Assembly: GCA_964016885.1 (NCBI GenBank)
Contig: OZ024740.1
Coordinates: 98,580,001 to 98,644,000, forward strand
From: Eledone cirrhosa
Taxonomy: Eukaryota
Reading direction: 5' to 3'
DNA length: 64,000 nucleotides
Positions 55,229 to 64,000 of this stretch are shown here, in pieces; within the stretch, counting starts at the first letter, position 1, and each line of letters starts with the position of its first letter. The position numbers were made by a program, and so were the translations under genes. Under the pieces are notes generated by a model. It made no database searches and had not been told where the DNA came from. It saw nothing but the letters and a program-made list of their open reading frames with translations.

Positions 55229-56860
55229 CCTCCGCCCAAGTTTTTCGTGGTCTTGCTCTACTACGTCTTCCTTCAACTGGTATTTCTTCGCACTTCTTCA
55301 CCCATTGGTCATCCTCAATGGGAATCATATATCCATACCCTCACAGGCTCCTCTCGCGCACACTACAATTTATCCCTCTCAGACACAGTTTCTCTCTAAA
55401 CACATCCATGCTCGGTCGTGTACGCACATTGACATTGCACATCCAACGGAGCATGCTTGCCTCATTTCTCTCCTGCCGTCGCATATCCTCTGCAGTTGCT
55501 GCCCATGTCTCACTACCATGCAGCATCGCGCACGTCACACAGGCATCATATAACCGGCCTTTCGTATGCAGGGAGAAAACCTTCTTCGTCAGCAGAGGAA
55601 GTAGCTCTCTAAACTTCTTCCAACCCATCCTTATTCTAGATACTATGGCCTCGGAACACCCCCTCCCATGCTAATCTGATCACCTAGGTACCGGAAGCTA
55701 TCAACCACTTCTATAGCACCCACATTCATTTGAAAAATGTGTCTATCAATGCGACTTCTACTGTCTAATTTCCCTGTACATCTACTGCGTACATATTTCT
55801 CCTTACCTGTTAGTTTGCCTGCTATACCACTACATCTCTTGTGTACCCAAGATCTGCATTGCGTACATTTTATAGAATTTATGCCTGTTCCTTTTCTGAA
55901 AATCGAACATGGCCATTTCCCTGACGGAATCAGAGTTTTGTCCTCTTCTACTCATCAAAATCTTTGTCTTAGCTAGGTTTACTCTCAGTCCTCTCGATTC
56001 TAACTGCAGTTTCCATAGCCAGAATTTATTCTCTAGGTCCTCAACTGATTCTGCTATAAGAACCAGAGAAGTTCCCATGGACAGCCGGTCTTAATCTCCT
56101 CTGTTATGGCTTGGAGGACTATAATGAACAAGAGCGGGATGAGGAGCGAAGCCAGATGTAGTCTTACTTGTATCTGGAATTCCTCACTAAACTCCATTCC
56201 AACCCTCACTTTACTGACAGCACCTCTGTACAAAGCTTGCACTGTCCTCACAAATCATTCCTCAACACCTTTTTTTCCTTAGAGACCACCAGATGACAGA
56301 TCGGGGTACCTATCAAAGGCCTTCTCTAGGTCAACAACAGCTAAGTATAGTGGCTTATTCTTCTCTAAGAACCTCTCTTGTAATTGTCTCACTAAGAAGA
56401 GTGCATCTGTTGTACTTTTCCCAGGCACAAAGCCAAACTGCATCTCATCTAGTTTGATCCTTTCTCTAATTAGTTGCGCTAATATCCTTTCTTCCACTTT
56501 CATAACCTGATCCATCAGTTTAATGCCCCTATAATTGCTCCTCTCCAGAGCATCCCCTTTACCTTTGTAGCAATTTATGAGAATACTACTGCACCAGTCT
56601 TTCGGTATGACACCACCATATATAGCCTCATTCATGATGCGTGCAACCAGTTTAGTGCCTACGTCGCCTGATGCCTTCAGCATCTCAGCAACTATCCCCG
56701 ATGGTCCAGCGGCCTTATGATTTTTCCTTTTCTTAATCCCCTCTTGGACCCCATATTCGTCAATCTCAATAGCTGGTCCCTCTGTCGGATCTACTGGGGG
56801 TAATTTCTCTCTCTCCCATTCGTTCTCCACATTCATCAGTCTCTCATAATGACATTTCCT
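55226..56860 (-). mobile_element. RTE subfamily A copy lacking its 3' end
   Basis: ORFs 56279-56905, 56054-56251, 55830-56078 and 55341-55628; highly similar to 1565-3200. Confidence 0.92.
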
Positions 56861-56881
56861 ATCAAGAAAATTCCACATATA

Positions 56882-58778
56882 CCATGTACCCCCATTATAA
56901 GCCACACCCGCAAATAAGCCGTAGCACTATATTTCAGGATCGATTTAATATAAGCCATGCCTCGAAAATAAGCCGTAGCAAAAATGAACGGCAAAAGAAA
57001 GAAATGGCCATCTATGAAAATTGGCGGAATCAGCCATTATAGAACAGGATTTTATCTTAATGTAAAACTAACTGTTAAGCGGGTGTATAAGAAGTTCGTG
57101 GAATGCGCGGAGGTGAAAAGATCGATAATGAAATTAACCAAAGGAAGGGGGAAATGCGTGCAATCAATATTGTTTATGCAAATGCGGGTACAAACCGGAA
57201 GTAATGGCTTATCCATAACTTCAGGGGAGAAGATCATTTTCAGCCTTAGACAAGATGAATGGAAGGAAGAGTACAAGAAAGGAATTGTGGAGGAATCACT
57301 GGGCAAGGATGTTACTATTTTCTGCAAAGAAAAGAATCTGGATCTCCGAATGCTTCAAAGATGGAGAATCGACTACGATAAACTCAGTGGACATGGACGA
57401 GGGAAATGTAAAGAAACGTAACCATGGATCTGGTCGACAACCGATATTTCTTGAGCTGGGAGACACCATCTCTGAATGGATTGCTGAAAGAAGAGCCAAA
57501 GCTTTGATTGTTCACAGGGCTGATATTCAAACATTTGCCCTTACAAATGCACTTGAGAAATCAAAGCATCCAAACATTGGCTGGATAATTTCCTTCAGCG
57601 ACACAAATTTTCTCTGAGAAGATCGACAACACTGTTCAAACTGGACGATACTGAGATTATTAAACGTGCACTCGCATTTAAGTCTTTTGTTGATGAAATA
57701 GACTTTTTCTAACTACCATCTCTCCAGCATGATTATCATGGATGAAACAGCAGTATTCATGGGTCAAAGCTCTCAATCTACAATTGATCAAAGGGGTGCG
57801 TCGTCAATTTACATTCCATACACTGGTTACAAAAGTGTACAAGTTACGTGTATCTTGGCAATTCGTCTCGACGGAAGCAAAGCCCCATCTCTTATTATCA
57901 CTAAAGGCAACAAAGATGAAATTGAACACGTTTCAGTTATCTGAGTTCTGGAATCTGAAAAGGCGTGGTGCACATAGGCAATTTTAAGGAAGTGTGTCGA
58001 TTTTATGCTGCCATTGATTTTGCGTGGAACCCAAAGAGGTCTCATAGTCTGGGATTCAGCCAGCACGCACCGCGCCAAAGATATGAAGAACTTTCTTGCA
58101 GAAAGAAGAATTGATCAAATCATGATTCCCAAAGGAATAACCGCCTATCTCCAGACTCTTGACATCGCACTGAATAAACTATTCAAGGACCATCTCTGCA
58201 TGGAAATAAATGACTACATCGAAAACAGAATGATGAGAAATGAGCGGGGAAATTTCGTGAAGCCCAGCCTTCAAGAGATCGTGACTTGGGTGGGAAATTC
58301 ATGGAACAAAATCACAGAAAGCGGTGTCAAGAATACACTACGAGCAGGCTATCTGGATAAGAACTCTCCATTCAATTCGACCTCTATCGCTCAACATGAA
58401 AGACAAAGGACGAAAATTCTTCAGGCAATTGAGTCACAAGAAAATTCCACAGGAATCATTGAATCCACTGATTTGGAAAACAATGACATTCCAGAGCAGG
58501 ATGACATGATTATTTTTGAATAAATTAGTGGATTATTTTCTCATGAGTTTTTGAATTAAAGGGTGTTAATTTTTAATAAATTTGATCTTTCAAGTAAACG
58601 CTTCGTGTAAATGCCGATTGTTTTTTCGTAATTTCCAATCATTTAGCGAATTTGTAATTTTCAGTTTCGTAGTGTCGTTTTTTCGGTATATGAAACCCCT
58701 TTCCTGAAAGTAAGCCGTAGTGGTACATTTCGGAGTAAAGATTAATATAAGCTATGGCTTATAATCAGGGAAACACGG
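56882..58778 (+). mobile_element. pogo-superfamily (Tc2/Passer-like) DNA transposon with ~24-bp imperfect TIRs and TA TSD
   Basis: TA|ccatgtacccccattataagcca ... tggcttataatcagggaaacacgg|TA; subterminal taagccgtag repeats. Confidence 0.9.
57250..58523 (+). pseudogene. Disrupted DD35D pogo-type transposase (HTH/CENP-B-like + DDE_1)
   Basis: GSGRQPIFLEL..ISEWIAERR; MIIMDETAVF; LIVWDSASTH-(35 aa D-to-D spacing)-YLQTLD..NKLFKD; split over several frames. Start approximate. Confidence 0.88.
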
Positions 58779-59404
58779 TACATCTATATACAAACTACAA
58801 TATAAAAACACTTGAGTGAATATTACCTACCCAATTCAATCACGTGCTTTGCATTACACCTCACATAACATATACCTATTTTATCACCACACGTCTCACT
58901 ACCATATAGCACGCCATTTTAAACATTTCTAGCACTTATAACATGCTTTAACATTCTACACGAAATATGCTTATTTCAGCTGTAATATAACTCTTTCCTC
59001 AGACATGCCTTATTGATTGTATTGACTTCTGCATTGTATACGCTTAACATTACCTGATCTCCATTGCTAAGGTATCCTATATCTTATATCTATCCTATCT
59101 TACATTTGTCCTTGCTTGTAACTTTTTTTGCCTGTACTTTTTGCTTGTACCTCTTACACTTTCAACCAGTGCTCCTTGTAATTGTGTTCTCTCAAACATA
59201 ACATCTTTTTAACTCCCGATTCTCTACGTGATGTCTATGACACTAACAACATTTTGTATCTACCTAAATGTTCTGAATGACTAGGATTTTAATCACCTGT
59301 TTAGACATTCCCTATCCTCCAATCATTCCGGACATCCATCTGGAGGTAACAATTGTCAGCACATAAATGTATTAAACTAAAATTTGATTGTTTTAACATT
59401 TTGT

Positions 59405-59721
59405 ATCATCACCATCATCAGTTCATTTTACGTCCGCTTTTCCCTGCTTGCAAGGGTGGGACGGGAACTGATTCTGGCTTGATTTCTACAGCTGGATGCC
59501 CTTCCTAACACCAACCTCATTTACAGTGAGTGCTGGGTGCTTTTTTGCCGTGGCACCTCCACGACCACTTTGCAGTGGAATGATAGGGACCCCAGTCCTA
59601 TCATCTCATTTCTACAGCTGAGTAAACTGGAGCAATGTGAAATAAAGTGTCTTGCTCAAGGAAACAACACGTCACCCGGTCTAAGAATTGAACTCACAAG
59701 CTATCGATTGCAAGCCCAATG
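59405..59721 (-). mobile_element. SINE family 2 with RTE-A-derived 3' tail
   Basis: As 29067-29348, retaining the middle segment. Confidence 0.87.
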
Positions 59722-60078
59722 TATATATATATATATAGTTCAAGGAAACAAAAACAGAGATACAAAAAGTCTTATTAGTTTCACACTTTATATGGAAAAG
59801 GAGAGAGAAATTCGACGTGTCAAGATTTAGCCCCTTTTCAGGGGTACAAAAATTAGAAACAAGATCGCAAATGATAGACACTCGAGTTATCAAGGAGTGT
59901 TATTTTTCATTTTTCCATATTTTAATGAATTGTGTGAATTGCAATTGTGGATATTTCAGTAATGTCTATTTGCTATCACATAATGTTGTCAGGCAGACAC
60001 ATCTGCATCTGATAGTTGGCTAAAGACAATATTAGATAAAAAATACTTGGTATTTTTTTTTAGGCTTTGTAATCATGA

Positions 60079-60308
<230 letters not shown>

Positions 60309-61823
60309 GGAAAGTTATATTTAAATTGTTGGGTTACAACTAGTAAATATTTATAACTGATATAAAAGCACTCAACAAGTATTTGGAGTATATTTACGAT
60401 ATTAAATAAATGGAAACTATATTTATAAAACCATATTTATTTCATTATATATATTTCATTATATATATTTATTTTTATTTTTATTTTTATTTAAACATTC
60501 TTCATGAAAAATTAAACTACCCTAAAAGTTGATGCTCCAAATATTTCGAATAAACGTTACACTTGATAAACTTCTATATTAAATATAAGATCACATGTAG
60601 ACCAAATGGGCATCCTAAACTTTTTGAAATGATTTTTCCTAGACGCGATTTGATAAATAATTTTTAGCTTTATCTGTCTTCGACTCTGATGCTTATAATG
60701 AACTTGGCAATATATTGTCAATTAATTTTGAAGGGTTGATCTTTGTGGTTTATTTTTATTATTGTAGTATTTTCTAATATTTTAATTTTTAATATGTAAT
60801 ATTTTTTTGTAATATTTTTTATTTTTTATTTTTTAGTTTTCTATTTTATTATTATTTATTATTATTATTATTATTTTTTTTTGTTTTTGTTTCTGATATT
60901 TTTTATTAATATATTGAAATCTGTTCTCTATTTCTGCTTGATAGATAATCATGTAGAGTAAAGACAAGAATAGTATTGTTAAAATTAATATAGACTCTAT
61001 ATATATGTGTATATATATACACATATATGTATACTTAAATTTTTATAGCACAATGAAATAGGGGTTTGCAGAGTTGATCACGTGAATTCACATCGATGTT
61101 TGTAGTTATCATATAAACATATGAATTTTTAAAACTAAACATAAGATCATTACTTTTCATACATTATGGATACGTGTCTCATTCAGGAATACTGATATTT
61201 ACATTATAGTGCCTGGTTTTTATACGTACTAATACTTCTACATTAAAACATAGGGTTTTTATGCCTCGCCTATGTCTGGTTACTTTTCATTTTTCTCTCT
61301 ATATAACAGCTGGTTTCTCTCCTAACCACATATATCTCCCTTACATTAATACTAGAGCTAAATAAATAAATAAATAAATAAATGTATCATTGATACGTTT
61401 ATTCAACGGATGTCCAACTACCTACTTTTCTCTATATATATCTATCTCTATCTATTTCCTCTCTCTATATATATCTCTCTCTGTTTCTTTACATGAAGTT
61501 CTTCTCTTTATCTATCTTTCCATCTCTCTATTTTGTCGCATGCATTTCTTCTTTTTCTTCTTTTTCTTCGTTTTCTTTCTTTCTTTTCTTTCTTTCCTTC
61601 TTTCTCTCTTTCTTTCTTTCTGTTTACAATTTTTTCACTGCCAAATCAACTTTTTCAAATACAAGTCGATGTTGAACGGTATGTCAAATCTATTTATCTA
61701 TAAAACTGTCTATATTGTATTTTGTCTGAGGAAGGCATAACATATTGTTAATATGATATCCCTGAAATATATATAATGAAATAAATATGGTTTTATAAAT
61801 ATAGTTTCCATTTATTTAATATC

Positions 61824-61924
<101 letters not shown>

Positions 61925-62014
61925 AGTATATATTTATAAGTATAATAATATTATTAATAATAAAGAAATCAATATTATTATTATTACTGTATATATATAT
62001 ATGTATATATATAT

Positions 62015-63122
62015 ATCATCATCATCATCATCATCATCAACGTTTAACGTCCGTGTTCCACGATTGCATGGGTTTAAACGGGGGTAGTCCCACTTGAGGC
62101 AAGAGTGATTGTCTTGCTCTCATAGGACTGTCTGGCAGGTTTTCTACAGTTGGATGCCCTTCCTAACACCAACCACATTTACAGTGTGGGTCTGGGAGGT
62201 TTTTACCGTGTTGCCTACACGGCCACATTACAGCGTGGACTGGGTGTTTTTTTGTCGTGACACCTACACGATCTCATTTGCTTCGGCCTGGATGGTGTGG
62301 CACCAACACAACTTTACATAGAACGGGGTGGCGTGGATGGGGTGGGGGTGGTGGGACGGGGGGTATTTTGTTAGAGATGCCTACTGGCTGTAGTAGGTTT
62401 TACTATGTATTTAGGTAAGGCTGGTCTTCTCTGTTACTGAGTACCGCCAAAGGTCTCGGTCCAGTGACATTGTCTTGGAGAGGTGTAAGTGTGTGAGGTC
62501 GGAGTTTATCAGCTCGTCCCAGGTTTTTCTAGGTCTGCCTATTCCGTGGCTACCGTCTATCTTTATTGCCCTGCACTTTGTTATACAGCTATCGACTTTC
62601 ATGCGCATCACGTGTCCATACCAACGTAGCCTTCTCTCGAGTAAACAACATCTGATCCCTCTTATTTCTAATTTTTTCCTTAGTTCGTTTATGCTTTGCC
62701 GTTCACGTATATTACTGTTACACATCCAGCGGAGCATGCAAGCTTCGTTCCTCTCTAGTCTGCGTATATCCTCTGCACACAATGCCCAGGTCTCACTGCC
62801 ATGCAACATTGCTGTTCGTATGCAGGCATCGTACAACCTGCCTTTCATTTTTAGAGAGAACCCTTTAGCAGCTAATAGTGGTATAATCTCTCTGAACTTT
62901 TTCCAACCAGTTCTGACTCTAGCTACTGTACTTTCAGAGCACCCTCCCCCACTGCTGATTTTATCACCCAGGTAACGGAAACTGTCCACTATTTCTATAG
63001 AACCCTCTGCGCAATTGAAAGAGCTAGTATTTTTGTGGGCACTTGCTGCTACTTATTGCACCAGAGCACCGGCCACATGTAAAATCTATGTTCTTAGTTA
63101 GCTTACCTGTGATCCCACTACA

Positions 63123-63125
<3 letters not shown>
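62015..63125 (-). mobile_element. Young 5'-truncated RTE subfamily B copy in (TA)n
   Basis: ORF 62411-62989 differs from the intact ORF C-terminus at only a few residues; B-type 3' UTR; TA on both sides. Confidence 0.95.
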
Positions 63126-63199
<74 letters not shown>

Positions 63200-64000
63200 G
63201 TATCTATGTATGTATGTATGTATGTATGTATATATATATATGTATGTATGTATTGATGATGATGATGATGATACACACATTTCAGAATAAGTGTCATCAT
63301 TTTATCTTAGCTAAGTTCACCTAGCTAAGTAAAATAGATACTAAGTTTCTGTCTGGGAAAATTTCTTGCTTACCAACTAAGCTTCCTATTCACTAGGGAA
63401 AATGTTTTATTCATTGTCTACTTAATGCACAAATAACTGGATGTCAAGCAGCATCGCTATGAAACATTGTGTTGTTCTTACAAAATGATGGAATAAATAA
63501 ACATCTAAATAACTTAATTTCTATCTCCATAATTATGTAAATTTATATATTTGTTTTGCAGTACAAATATTCATATTTTTTAAACAGCTATATCAAGATA
63601 TATATTTAGAATTGTTATATGTATTATGTTATCATTATAATTTTATAATATTTTGTCATAATAATTTTATATGCTAATGGTATGTTACCAAATTCTAAAG
63701 ATAAATAATACCTCCTGGAATAATAGATTAATCTAATATATATATTTAATTTATTGTTATTGTATTCTGTGATAAATACAGCTAGCCAGTGTGCCAATTT
63801 TAGTTATTGTGCTTTGTTCAACAGTTTAATAATTCATGTTTTGATGACAGGGTTAGAGCTAGATCTAGTTGTTAATGATATTGATTCCCACTTACTACCA
63901 AATTTTCACTCAGACAGTCAGATAGATCATAAATGTTCCAGATAACAATTTTAATTTACATCACTAAGATAAACTAAGATGTAAAATATAAATTATTGGA

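Noticed and set aside
62475-62975. Antisense ORFs over RTE copies (also 33201-33575, 17688-18365, 2762-3244)
   Set aside because: Shadow frames of the coding strand, mostly with non-ATG starts.

Overview
This window is AT-rich, microsatellite-dense animal DNA, most likely from a coleoid cephalopod (octopus-like). That assignment is inferred from the SINE/LINE repertoire and (TA)n density, not proven. No host gene is clearly identifiable; there is one plausible exon at 21158-21243. The window is almost entirely mobile DNA. (1) An uninterrupted 1052-aa RTE-clade LINE ORF (30607-33765) encodes APE endonuclease, RT and an in-frame C4HC3 PHD finger after the RT core, with many truncated relatives from at least three subfamilies that differ in 3' UTR. 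(2) Penelope-like elements of the C-terminal GIY-YIG, Hydra-like type are present, including a fully foldable type I hammerhead ribozyme and a 3.6-kb inverted-repeat insertion. (3) There are relics of R4/Dong, CRE, CR1, Rex3/Expander-like and BovB-like LINEs. (4) A non-autonomous Helitron carries an internal ~91-bp minisatellite. (5) A decayed DD35D pogo-family DNA transposon retains TIRs and a TA target duplication. (6) Two tRNA-derived SINE families occur in many copies. The most notable patterns are the PHD-bearing, (TA)n-associated RTE, clustering of its 5' truncation points inside the PHD-coding segment, a SINE that has swapped its LINE-derived 3' tail at a 5-bp microhomology with both donor LINEs in the window, and repeated fold-back or templated duplications at (TA)n arrays. 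Most short ORFs in the supplied track are microsatellite or antisense artefacts. All alignments and folds were done by eye.
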